From: Floridaenema aerugineum BLCC-F46
Lineage (GTDB): Bacteria; Cyanobacteriota; Cyanobacteriia; Cyanobacteriales; Aerosakkonemataceae
Reading direction: 5' to 3'
NCBI RefSeq assembly: GCF_041929345.1
Contig: NZ_JBHFNQ010000161.1
Location: 1 to 32,000, forward strand
DNA: 32,000 nucleotides
Each line of letters begins with the position of its first letter. The first letter of the stretch is position 1. Made by a program: the position numbers and the translations under genes. Below are positions 7,332 to 15,712 of this stretch, in pieces. The notes under the pieces were generated by a model. It was not told where the DNA came from, did no database searches, and saw only the letters and a program-made list of their open reading frames with translations.

Positions 7332-7568
7332 AGTTGTAGGGTGCGTCAGATCATAAATCTAAGCGACAACATCAGGGTTTTAGCTTCTGACGCACCTTAC
7401 TAATTGTCCCAGTTGTGTAAGTCCTAGTTTAGTTGCTGCAACCAAAGTTGTAGTTGTAGGGTGCGTCAGATCATAAATCTAAGCGACAACATCAGGGTTT
7501 TAGCTTCTGACGCACCTTACTAATTGTCCCAGTTGTGTAAGTCCTAGTTTAGTTGCTGCAACCAAAGT
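7332..7568. repeat. Perfect tandem duplication (117-bp units, 120-bp period) of a hairpin-bearing element
   Basis: 7332-7448 is identical to 7452-7568 (117/117 by eye). Each unit contains GTAGGGTGCGTCAGA...TCTGACGCACCTTAC inverted arms. The duplication lies in the divergent kinase/chlD intergenic region. Confidence 0.95.
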
Positions 7569-7652
7569 AACCCCCCAAGCTGACTAATTACAAGGGAAGA
7601 AGTTCTTATTTCCTGCTATGCTAAAAGATCTGGATGTGCAAACTCGGAAAAA

Positions 7653-9632
7653 ATGCCTGCGTCAACTCTCCCCCAAATTACCGCTTTTCCCTTAGCTGCT
7701 GTTGTCGGACAAGAAGCAATCAAGTTAGCATTGCTGTTGGCAGCGATCGATCCGACATTGGGAGGAGTAGCGATCGCAGGTCGCAGAGGAACCGCCAAAT
7801 CAGTCATGGCGCGTGCTTTACACTCGCTTTTACCACCTATTGAAGTGATTAAAGGTTCTTTCTGTAACGAAGCACCTTCAATAACAGAGTCTCAAGAAAC
7901 CCAAATCATCCCTGCGCCTTTCGTGCAAATTCCCTTGGGAACTACCGAAGACAGATTGCTCGGTTCCGTAGAGGTGGAAAAATCTGTTAAACAAGGAGAT
8001 ACCGTCTTTCAACCAGGGTTACTCGCTTCCGCACACCGAGGAGTTCTCTACGTCGATGAAATTAACCTCCTAGATGACCAAATTTCCAACCAACTTTTAT
8101 CAGTATTATCCGAAGGACGCAACATCATAGAACGGGAAGGAATTAGTTTCGAGCATCCTTGCCAACCTTTATTTATTGCCACTTATAATCCAGAAGAAGG
8201 GCCATTGCGGGAACATTTGCTCGATCGCATCGCCATCACTTTATCAGCTGATGGGGTTTTAGGGTTGGACGATCGTGTACAAGCAGTCGAACAAGCATTA
8301 GAATTCTCTCGTTCCCCCCAACAATTCCTCTCCCAATACACCGAAGACATCGACAACCTAAAAACCCAAATCATCCTAGCGCGAGAATGGCTTAAAGAAG
8401 TTACCATCAGCAAAGAGCAAATCACCTATTTAGTAGAAGAAGCAATACGCGCCGGAGTAGAAGGACATCGCGCCGAACTCTTCGCCGTCAGAGTCGCCAA
8501 AGCAGCAGCAGCATTCGATGGACGAAACACCGTCAACTCAGAAGACTTGCGCCGCGCCGTAGAATTGGTAATTGTTCCTCGCGCCACAGTCGTTCAAACT
8601 CCCCCAGAACAACAACCACCCCCACCACCTCCCCCACCCCCACCACCCCCGGAAGATCAATCTGAACAAGAACAAGAAGAAGACGAAGAGGAAAAAGAAG
8701 AACCGGAAGAACCTCAAGAACAGGAAATGAACGTTCCTGAAGAATTCCTTTTCGATCCCGAAGGCATAATTCTCGATCCCACTGTGCTGTATTTCGCACA
8801 AATGGCGCAACGTCGCGGAAAGTCAGGAACTCGCAGCAAAATCTTTTCTGACGATCGCGGTCGTTACGTTAAACCCATGTTACCCAAAGGTCGCGTGCGC
8901 CGCATAGCAGTAGATGCCACCTTACGCGCAGCTGCACCTTACCAAAAAGCTAGGCGCGAACGCCAACCTGACAGAAAAGTAATTGTTGAACAGGGAGATA
9001 TTCGTTCTAAACGTTTGGTACGCAAAGCCGGATCTTTGGTAGTGTTTGTCGTAGATGCCTCTGGTTCAATGGCATTAAATAGAATGCAATCAGCAAAGGG
9101 CGCGGTAATGTCGCTACTGACCGAAGCTTACCAAAACCGCGACCAAGTGGCGTTAATTCCTTTTAGAGGAGAACACGCCGATGTGCTGTTACCGCCAACT
9201 CGTTCCATTGCTTTAGCAAAGCGGCGCTTGGAACTTTTGCCTTGTGGCGGTGGTTCACCCTTAGCTCATGGTTTAACTCAAGCGGTAAGAGTGGGAATAA
9301 ATGCCCAGATGTCGGGAGATATTGGTCAGGTAGTTATTGTAGCGATAACTGACGGTCGTGGCAATATCCCGCTGGCACGTTCTTTGGGAGAACCAATAGA
9401 GGAAGGGGAAAAACCGGATATTAAGGCGGAATTGTTGGAAATTGCGGCAAGAATTCGCGGTTTGGGAATTCAGCTGTTGGTAATTGATACGGAAAATAAG
9501 TTTATTTCTACTGGTTTTGCTAAGGAGTTGGCAAAGAATGCTGGTGGAAAGTATTATCATTTACCGAAGGCGACGGATCAGGCAATTGCTGGAGTGGCGA
9601 AAAGTGCGATCGCAGATCTAAAATCTCGTTAG
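7653..9632 (+). CDS. chlD: Magnesium chelatase subunit D
   Basis: 659 aa with an N-terminal AAA+ (ChlI-like) module, a poly-Pro run (11 P) followed by an acidic linker ('[20 protein letters not shown]'), and a C-terminal vWA domain with the MIDAS motif 'VVDASGSM'. Confidence 0.93.
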   Translation: MPASTLPQITAFPLAAVVGQEAIKLALLLAAIDPTLGGVAIAGRRGTAKSVMARALHSLLPPIEVIKGSFCNEAPSITESQETQIIPAPFVQIPLGTTEDRLLGSVEVEKSVKQGDTVFQPGLLASAHRGVLYVDEINLLDDQISNQLLSVLSEGRNIIEREGISFEHPCQPLFIATYNPEEGPLREHLLDRIAITLSADGVLGLDDRVQAVEQALEFSRSPQQFLSQYTEDIDNLKTQIILAREWLKEVTISKEQITYLVEEAIRAGVEGHRAELFAVRVAKAAAAFDGRNTVNSEDLRRAVELVIVPRATVVQTPPEQQPPPPPPPPPPPPEDQSEQEQEEDEEEKEEPEEPQEQEMNVPEEFLFDPEGIILDPTVLYFAQMAQRRGKSGTRSKIFSDDRGRYVKPMLPKGRVRRIAVDATLRAAAPYQKARRERQPDRKVIVEQGDIRSKRLVRKAGSLVVFVVDASGSMALNRMQSAKGAVMSLLTEAYQNRDQVALIPFRGEHADVLLPPTRSIALAKRRLELLPCGGGSPLAHGLTQAVRVGINAQMSGDIGQVVIVAITDGRGNIPLARSLGEPIEEGEKPDIKAELLEIAARIRGLGIQLLVIDTENKFISTGFAKELAKNAGGKYYHLPKATDQAIAGVAKSAIADLKSR

Positions 9633-9693
9633 CTTTGCAATCCGTAGGGTGCGAAGCGTGTTAACGTAACGCACCATTATCCCAATTAAATTG

Positions 9694-10194
9694 ATGGATG
9701 AAATCAGCTTTGCTTTACCAACCGGATGTATTCTCCGCCCAGCTAACGCCAGCGATATTTGGGAAATTCGGAAGTTGGTTTTTAGTGCTAAGTTAGATCC
9801 GACTCAGTTACGCTGGCAACAATTTTCGGTGATTGAATGTGATAAGAAAATTGTTGCTTGTGGGCAATTGCGTTCTTTTTCTGGGGCGCAAGAATTAAGT
9901 AGTTTGGTAGTGTTACCTGCTTGGCGAAATCAAGGTTTAGGAAGTTATTTAGTAAAACATTTAATTCAGCAAGCGAGTCAACCTCTGTATTTAGAATGTG
10001 CTAGTTGGTTAGAACAATTTTATACTCAGTTTGGTTTTGTATCTATCTCTTGGCGAGAAGTTCCATCACCGTTGAAAGAGAAATTTCGGATTACTCAATT
10101 TGCTACGAAAATAGTTCCTATTATGTCTTTGAAAGTTATGCAGTATCGTGGAGTTGAAACGCCGACAGATGAAAAACAAACTCCCTTATCTTGA
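9694..10194 (+). CDS. GNAT-family N-acetyltransferase
   Basis: About 166 aa with an acetyl-CoA-binding motif A-like 'VLPAWRNQGLGSYLVKHLI'. The ORF track starts at TTG 9691, and the adjacent ATG at 9694 is more likely. Confidence 0.8.
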   Translation: MDEISFALPTGCILRPANASDIWEIRKLVFSAKLDPTQLRWQQFSVIECDKKIVACGQLRSFSGAQELSSLVVLPAWRNQGLGSYLVKHLIQQASQPLYLECASWLEQFYTQFGFVSISWREVPSPLKEKFRITQFATKIVPIMSLKVMQYRGVETPTDEKQTPLS

Positions 10195-11194
10195 TTTTAT
10201 TGAACAAGAACTTAGACTTTCTTCAAATCAGCAAAATAAACCTTTAGTCATTGACTTATTTGCTGGATGTGGAGGAATGGCGCTAGGTTTTGAAGCGGCA
10301 GGTTTTCAAACAGTTGGTTATGAAATTCTCGAAGATGCTTGTGCGACTTATCAGTTAAATTTACAAAATCCATGTCATAAAATTAATCTTACACCATCCT
10401 CTGATTTAATTGAAGGAGCAGAAGTAATTATTGGTGGGCCACCATGTCAACCTTTTAGTGTTGGCGGAAATCAACTAGGATTAAAAGATAGTCGTGATGG
10501 TTTCCCAACTTTCATTTCTGCGGTGAAACGTTACCGCCCAAAACTTGCTTTATTTGAAAATGTTCGAGGAATGCTTTTTCGCAATAAAGCCTACTTTGAA
10601 GAAATTGTTTATGCTTTAGAGTCACTTAATTATATTGTAGAATGGCAACTTTTAAATGCCGCCCATTATGGCGTACCCCAAAAAAGAGAACGTCTTTTTT
10701 GTGTAATACATCAAGGCGGTTGGGAATGGCCTAAAAAAACTCATCTTCACTCACCTTATACTGCTGGAGATGCGTTAGGAGAATTAGCATTTTCTGTCCC
10801 CAATAACTCAAAATTTCTCACTCCTAGCATGGATGAATATGTTAAAAAATATGAGTTGGCATCTAAATGTATTAGACCAAGAGATTTACATTTAGATGCA
10901 CCTTCTAGAACTGTTACTTGTCGCAATTTAAGCGGTGCAACAGGTGATATGTTGAGGGTAAAATTACCCGATGGACGCAGAAGAAGATTGACAGTTCGTG
11001 AAGGTGCGCGGTTGCAAAGTTTTCCCGATCGATTTAAATTTCAAGGTTCGGAAAATAGTCAATTTAACCAAATTGGTAATGCTGTTCCTCCAATTTTAGC
11101 AAAGGCTCTAGCTCTTTCTGTAAAAGCTTATTTAGATAATAGTCAAACAACATTATCAACAGAAGTTTTTCGACCTACTCAATATATTTTTTAG
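10169..11194 (+). CDS. DNA (cytosine-5)-methyltransferase, solitary
   Basis: C5-MTase motifs are present in order: I 'DLFAGCGGMALGF', IV 'GGPPCQPFS', VI 'ENVRGM', VIII 'QKRERLF', IX 'TVREGARLQSFPD' and X 'GNAVPP'. The ATG at 10169 overlaps the GNAT 3' end by 26 nt. No restriction endonuclease-like ORF is adjacent. Confidence 0.9.
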   Translation: MKNKLPYLDFIEQELRLSSNQQNKPLVIDLFAGCGGMALGFEAAGFQTVGYEILEDACATYQLNLQNPCHKINLTPSSDLIEGAEVIIGGPPCQPFSVGGNQLGLKDSRDGFPTFISAVKRYRPKLALFENVRGMLFRNKAYFEEIVYALESLNYIVEWQLLNAAHYGVPQKRERLFCVIHQGGWEWPKKTHLHSPYTAGDALGELAFSVPNNSKFLTPSMDEYVKKYELASKCIRPRDLHLDAPSRTVTCRNLSGATGDMLRVKLPDGRRRRLTVREGARLQSFPDRFKFQGSENSQFNQIGNAVPPILAKALALSVKAYLDNSQTTLSTEVFRPTQYIF

Positions 11195-11233
11195 TACGTT
11201 GTTGCGCTTTAGCGCTAAAGCGCAACAACGTAC
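11194..11233. repeat. 40-bp perfect palindrome overlapping the methyltransferase stop codon
   Basis: 'GTACGTTGTTGCGCTTTAGC|GCTAAAGCGCAACAACGTAC' pairs base-for-base with no spacer (checked). It contains three GCGC and a central AGCGCT. A second 9-bp-stem hairpin follows at 11238-11267. Confidence 0.95.
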
Positions 11234-11266
11234 CTGGGCGGTATGTGACATTTTTTTTACATACCG

Positions 11267-11295
11267 CTGACAAAGTAGGACAAATGTACTATAAT
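11267..11295 (+). promoter_or_regulatory. Near-consensus sigma-70-type promoter for the coiled-coil gene pair
   Basis: The -35 is 'CTGACA' (11267-11272), the spacer is 17 nt, and the -10 is 'TATAAT' (11290-11295). It lies about 150 nt upstream of the ATG at 11444. Confidence 0.55.
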
Positions 11296-11443
11296 ATATC
11301 CAGATTCGATCGAGCTAGACAATTCTCTCTTAAAAGCTCATCCCCTGTTCAGTATTTGTGTTCCCAATCAAATAAAAATGGGCATTCTAATCAAAAGCAG
11401 TGCCCAGTCTCAGCTTGTTAACCTAAAAAAAAGGACAACCAGC

Positions 11444-12442
11444 ATGAATAATGTTGCCGTAAAAGACAGCAAAACCAAAATTTTAGAAGCATTTCAACGC
11501 CTCCTTGCAGAAAAGCAAAAAATTGATTCCAAAGTAGCTACCAAAGAAGAGGAAGCGGAGAAGGAAAAGAACAAAAAAACTCTCGAAGTCGCTTCTACAT
11601 ATACAGTTGATAGCATTGTCAAAGGTTTAGCAGATCTACAATTAGAATTTGGCAGCATTATTACCGGACTTTCCAGCAAATTAACCGCAGAAACTACCAA
11701 ACTCGACGAACTTAAAAAAGCAATTGTAATTGAAAATCAGCATTTACAAGAACTTCAGCAAGTGCGAGTTGTAGCTGATGCACTGCACATTTTAACTCAA
11801 GAACATCAAGAACAACTCAGATCGATCGAAGAAAATGCCACCAATCAACGAGAAAGTTTAGATAAAGAAATCAGCGAAACTCGCAAAAGTTGGCAGAAAG
11901 AACAAGAAGAATTTACTGCAACAATCAGAGAACAAACCGAATTATTAACCGCAGAAAGGCAGCGTCAAGAGGCAGATTATCAATATGAATTAGAGCGAAA
12001 TCGCAAAATTAAAACCGATGAATATGAAGAGTTTCGCCGCAAATTAGAGCGAGAATTACAACAATCTAATCAAGAAAAAGAGAAAGATTGGACAGAAAGA
12101 GAAAGAATTTTAACCGCTAATCAAGCATTATTTGAAGAATACCGGAAAAAAGTCGAAGCTTTTCCCGCAGAAATGGACGAAGCGACTAAGAAAGCTTACG
12201 GCGAAGGTATTTCGGAAGTTAACCAAGAAGCGAAAGTCAAATCCGATTTGTTTGAGAAAGAATGGGAAGCAAGCAAACAATCTTATGAGTTAAAAATTCA
12301 AGCTTTGGAACAGAAAATTCAGCGCCAAACTGAACAAATTACTGAGCTTACTAGTCAGCTACAAAATGCTTTGAGACAAGCTCAAGACTTGGCAATGAGA
12401 GCTTTTGAAAGTTCTGCTGCTAAAACCAACAAAGCTCAGTAA
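11444..12442 (+). CDS. Coiled-coil-rich protein, paralogue 1 (uncharacterised)
   Basis: The sequence is E/K/Q/L-rich with a heptad-like pattern throughout, and it is homologous over its full length to the next gene. I chose the Met at 11444 (SD-like AAGGA 11 nt upstream) because the paralogue aligns from there. The ORF track begins at 11378. Confidence 0.8.
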   Translation: MNNVAVKDSKTKILEAFQRLLAEKQKIDSKVATKEEEAEKEKNKKTLEVASTYTVDSIVKGLADLQLEFGSIITGLSSKLTAETTKLDELKKAIVIENQHLQELQQVRVVADALHILTQEHQEQLRSIEENATNQRESLDKEISETRKSWQKEQEEFTATIREQTELLTAERQRQEADYQYELERNRKIKTDEYEEFRRKLERELQQSNQEKEKDWTERERILTANQALFEEYRKKVEAFPAEMDEATKKAYGEGISEVNQEAKVKSDLFEKEWEASKQSYELKIQALEQKIQRQTEQITELTSQLQNALRQAQDLAMRAFESSAAKTNKAQ

Positions 12443-12545
12443 TACCAATTCCGGGTTAATTATCTCCCTCTTTCCTCTGCGTTCTCTGTGCCTCTGCGGT
12501 TCAATAATAAAGAGGGTTCATATTTGCAATTTTTGGAGTTGAATA

Positions 12546-13631
12546 ATGGCAGTCAGAAAACCTAACGAAAAAAATACCAAAGCGGAGATTTTGACAGCTT
12601 TTAATCAATTGTTGGAGGAGAAAAAAGCGATCGAATCCCAACTGGCACAATTAGCCAAAGAGCCAAAACAAGTAATTGAAGTTAAGCCAGCGACAGAGAC
12701 AAAATCTATGAATTCCACATTAAATAATGCCGGGAAACAGAAAATTCAGCAAACAATTGATATTCTCGCTAATCTGCAATTAAGCTTTGGTAGTGCAGTT
12801 AGTGATTTATCCGAAAAACTAACCTTAGAAGCTGCTAAATTACAAGAAATTCAGCAGTTAGTCTCTACAGAAATCCAAGAACTGCAAGAATTACATAATT
12901 TAGAAGCAATTGATGATGATACTCTTGATGAATTAATTACCCAATATCAACAAAGTGCTAAAGCATTTGCAGAGGAATTTAACCAACGCCGAGAAACTTT
13001 AGAACAAGAAATTCTGGCAGCAAATAAAGCTTGGACAAAAGAACAAGAACAGCAACAACGGACGATTAAAGAACGCAACGAGACACAAACAAAAACTCGG
13101 CTACGAGATGCAAGTGAGTACAAATATGAATTAGAATTGCAGCGCAAGTTAAATACTGATGAATACGAACAAGCTCAGAAAACTTTGTATAAAGAGTTGG
13201 AAGAATTACAACAAACTCAAGAAAAACAATGGGCGGAACGAGAAAAAACGATTTCGGAACGGGAAAAACAATTTGCAGAATACAAAACTAAAGTAGAAGC
13301 ATTCCCTAAAGAATTAGAAGCTGCGGTGAAAAAATCTCAAGAAAATGGTAGAGGATTAGGGCATTATCAAACTAAGGTAAAAGCAGATTTGCGTGCCAAA
13401 GAAGTAGAAGGGGAAAGACGAGTTTATGAATTGCGGATTCAGTCTTTAGAAGAAACAATTCAAAATCAAGAAGCACGGATTAATAATTTGGCGAAACAGC
13501 TTGATTCTGCGTTGAAACAAGTGCAAGATTTAGCGGTGAAAGCGATCGAAGGTTCTTCTAACATCTCTTCATTCCAAGCTGTTAAAGAAATTGCCTTAGA
13601 ACAAGCTAAAACCAAAACTAACAATAAGTAA
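12546..13631 (+). CDS. Coiled-coil-rich protein, paralogue 2 (uncharacterised)
   Basis: 361 aa, with GGAG 9 nt upstream of the ATG. Blocks shared with paralogue 1 are 'ILxAFxxLLxEK', 'LQLxFGS', 'YxYELExxRKxxTDEYE', 'KVEAFP', 'YELxIQxLE' and 'QDLAxxAxExS'. Confidence 0.85.
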   Translation: MAVRKPNEKNTKAEILTAFNQLLEEKKAIESQLAQLAKEPKQVIEVKPATETKSMNSTLNNAGKQKIQQTIDILANLQLSFGSAVSDLSEKLTLEAAKLQEIQQLVSTEIQELQELHNLEAIDDDTLDELITQYQQSAKAFAEEFNQRRETLEQEILAANKAWTKEQEQQQRTIKERNETQTKTRLRDASEYKYELELQRKLNTDEYEQAQKTLYKELEELQQTQEKQWAEREKTISEREKQFAEYKTKVEAFPKELEAAVKKSQENGRGLGHYQTKVKADLRAKEVEGERRVYELRIQSLEETIQNQEARINNLAKQLDSALKQVQDLAVKAIEGSSNISSFQAVKEIALEQAKTKTNNK

Positions 13632-13647
13632 AATTTTCTCAACTTAA

Positions 13648-13665
13648 GGTGGGGTAACACCCACC
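13648..13665. terminator. Short hairpin between convergent genes (weak bidirectional terminator candidate)
   Basis: GGTGGG/CCCACC form a 6-bp stem with a 6-nt loop in the 38-bp gap between the stops at 13631 (+) and 13670 (-). There is no clear U-tract. Confidence 0.3.
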
Positions 13666-13669
13666 GGAT

Positions 13670-14455
13670 TTAGCTTGCTAAACCAGCAGTTTGAGGATGT
13701 AACATAGAAACTAATTGATCTAGTCCTTTTTGTAAATGTCTGCTTACTGTCATTGGGCTAACGCCAATTGTTTTAGCAGCTTCTTTGCGGGGTAACTCCC
13801 GGAGAAATACACACTCAATAGCGGCTCTAGTTTTTTCTTCTAATTGACTCATTGCACCTTGTAATTGCTGACGATCTTCTTCCAAATATTGTAAATTTTG
13901 GTAGTGAGCATCAGCTAAAGTATCTCCTAAACTAATAGGAACATCTACTTGATTACCAACGGTAGCATCTAAACTCAAAGGCTGACGATTTTGGGCAGCT
14001 AATTTGCTTTGTTGCCATTCTTGTAGAGGAACATCAAGTGCTTTGGCGATTTCTGCATCACTTGCCGATCGCCCAAACTTAGTTGTATATTCCTTTTGAA
14101 ATTTTTCTCCGTCACTATACAATTCTTGCCAGCGACGAGGCACTTTTACCACACTACTTTTATCACGTAAAAAGTGGAGCATTTCCCCGCGAATATAAGG
14201 AATAGCAAAAGAGCTAAAAGCACAACCTTGATTGGGATTAAAACGTTCGATCGCCCGAATTAAACCGAGATACCCAATCTGTACGAGATCTTCATAAGGT
14301 TCAGCACATTGATGTCTAAATCTATGGGCTACCTTACGCACTAATCCAGCATGAATTTGTACTAATTTATTTCTTTTGCTAACTGAGGGATTATTGTAGT
14401 AGGAAATTAAAAGTTCGATTCCATAAGAACTAAGATCGATTTGAGTTGCTGTCAT
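13670..14455 (-). CDS. sigF: Group-3 (SigF/SigB-type) RNA polymerase sigma factor
   Basis: 261 aa with region 2 'YEDLVQIGYLGLIRAIERFNPNQGCAFSSFAIPYIRGEMLHFLRD', region 3, and a region 4 HTH 'KEAAKTIGVSPMTVSRHLQKG'. It lacks the region 1.1 found in group 1/2 sigma factors. Confidence 0.8.
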   Translation of the reverse strand: MTATQIDLSSYGIELLISYYNNPSVSKRNKLVQIHAGLVRKVAHRFRHQCAEPYEDLVQIGYLGLIRAIERFNPNQGCAFSSFAIPYIRGEMLHFLRDKSSVVKVPRRWQELYSDGEKFQKEYTTKFGRSASDAEIAKALDVPLQEWQQSKLAAQNRQPLSLDATVGNQVDVPISLGDTLADAHYQNLQYLEEDRQQLQGAMSQLEEKTRAAIECVFLRELPRKEAAKTIGVSPMTVSRHLQKGLDQLVSMLHPQTAGLAS

Positions 14456-14788
14456 AATAATCCTCTGCGGAAAATCCTTTGTTTAAGTACAGTTCTTAGG
14501 CAAGATCTCGTAGGGCAAGAATTTGAGTATTAACCCTATCTGAATTTATTGTCTTCAGTTTCGCTAAGATTAACCATCGTTCTTCCACTGAATTCTGTGC
14601 AGAGTTGATCCCAAGATTCCGCAGAAATACGTATGCGTTAGCGCTAAAGACGCGCTAAAATCCAATTTATTTTTATCCAAAGCTAAACCACCCGCGATGC
14701 CCCTCCTAGTTGTTTAAGGAAAATCTGGGTAAAAATGGAATTAAGTGGTACTTATGGCTGACTAATCAAGAAACATAAAACTTGCCCT

Positions 14789-15517
14789 ATGAGCAACACT
14801 AGCAACTTCCGCGAAGCAATTCGCCAATCTAAAAGCCAAGCACTTGTTGGCCCTAATGTGATCGCTAACGCCCTCCCTTATGTTGGCGCTGGTTTGGTTT
14901 TAACCGCATTAGGCACTTATGGCGGTTTGGGAGTGATCAAAACCTTCCCAAACTTATTCTTCCCAACTTTTATCGGCGCAGTTATCCTGGAGCTAATTCT
15001 TTTTTTTGTAGCTCAGGGCGTTGCTGAAAGAGGCAAAAATAGTGTGGCGCTGCCCCTGCTGGCTCTCTACAGCCTGCTGTCTGGCTACACTCTAAGTGGA
15101 TTAGTTTTTGTGGCGCTCAGAACGCAAAATGTAGGTATTCAAGGCATTGGCATTGCTGCCCTTGGTTGTGGCGTTACCTTTATTGCCGCCCGTCAAATTG
15201 GTTCTAATTTATCCGATCCTGACGGCATGGCTTTGGCGAAAACAGTCAGACTAGGCATCATTGCCTTAGTTGTAGTTTGCCTTGCCCAATTCCTGTTTGC
15301 CATTTTTGGTGTGTTCACACCCACTTGGTTAGAAATCGCTATTTCCGGTATCGGTGTATTTCTGTTTGTCGGTTGTGCTGTGGTAGACTTCTACGTTTTA
15401 CCTCGCAGCTATCGCGACGATCAGTATTTACCCGCAGCACTGTCAATGTACCTAACCTACATTAACTTGTTCGTCTTCATCCTGCGGTTAATTATCGCTA
15501 TCAACAGTCGCGACTAA
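14789..15517 (+). CDS. Bax inhibitor-1/YccA family membrane protein
   Basis: 242 aa with about 7 hydrophobic segments. The overall pattern and the C-terminal 'DxYxxxAxxLYLxxINLF' region are typical of BI-1/YccA. Confidence 0.8.
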   Translation: MSNTSNFREAIRQSKSQALVGPNVIANALPYVGAGLVLTALGTYGGLGVIKTFPNLFFPTFIGAVILELILFFVAQGVAERGKNSVALPLLALYSLLSGYTLSGLVFVALRTQNVGIQGIGIAALGCGVTFIAARQIGSNLSDPDGMALAKTVRLGIIALVVVCLAQFLFAIFGVFTPTWLEIAISGIGVFLFVGCAVVDFYVLPRSYRDDQYLPAALSMYLTYINLFVFILRLIIAINSRD

Positions 15518-15562
15518 TTAAGCAGGGGAGATGGGGAAAATATTAGACATCTCCTTTCCTCG

Positions 15563-15596
15563 ATTGTAGAGACGTTGTATACAACGTCTCTACAAT
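15563..15596. repeat. 34-bp perfect palindrome
   Basis: 'ATTGTAGAGACGTTGTA|TACAACGTCTCTACAAT' was checked base by base. It lies 3' of the BI-1 gene. Confidence 0.95.
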
Positions 15597-15712
15597 CTTT
15601 CGGTGGTAACGCACCTTTAATTTCTGGAGATGTCTATATTAACTACCCACTTCTTCTTTCCTGAGACCTTTTATAGTTAAGATAAAAATAGTCGATCGCT
15701 ACGCCAAACATT

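Noticed and set aside
10169-11194. A possible restriction-modification system around the C5 methyltransferase.
   Set aside because: The flanking ORFs are a GNAT acetyltransferase and coiled-coil proteins. No ORF shows endonuclease motifs, so only a solitary methyltransferase can be claimed.
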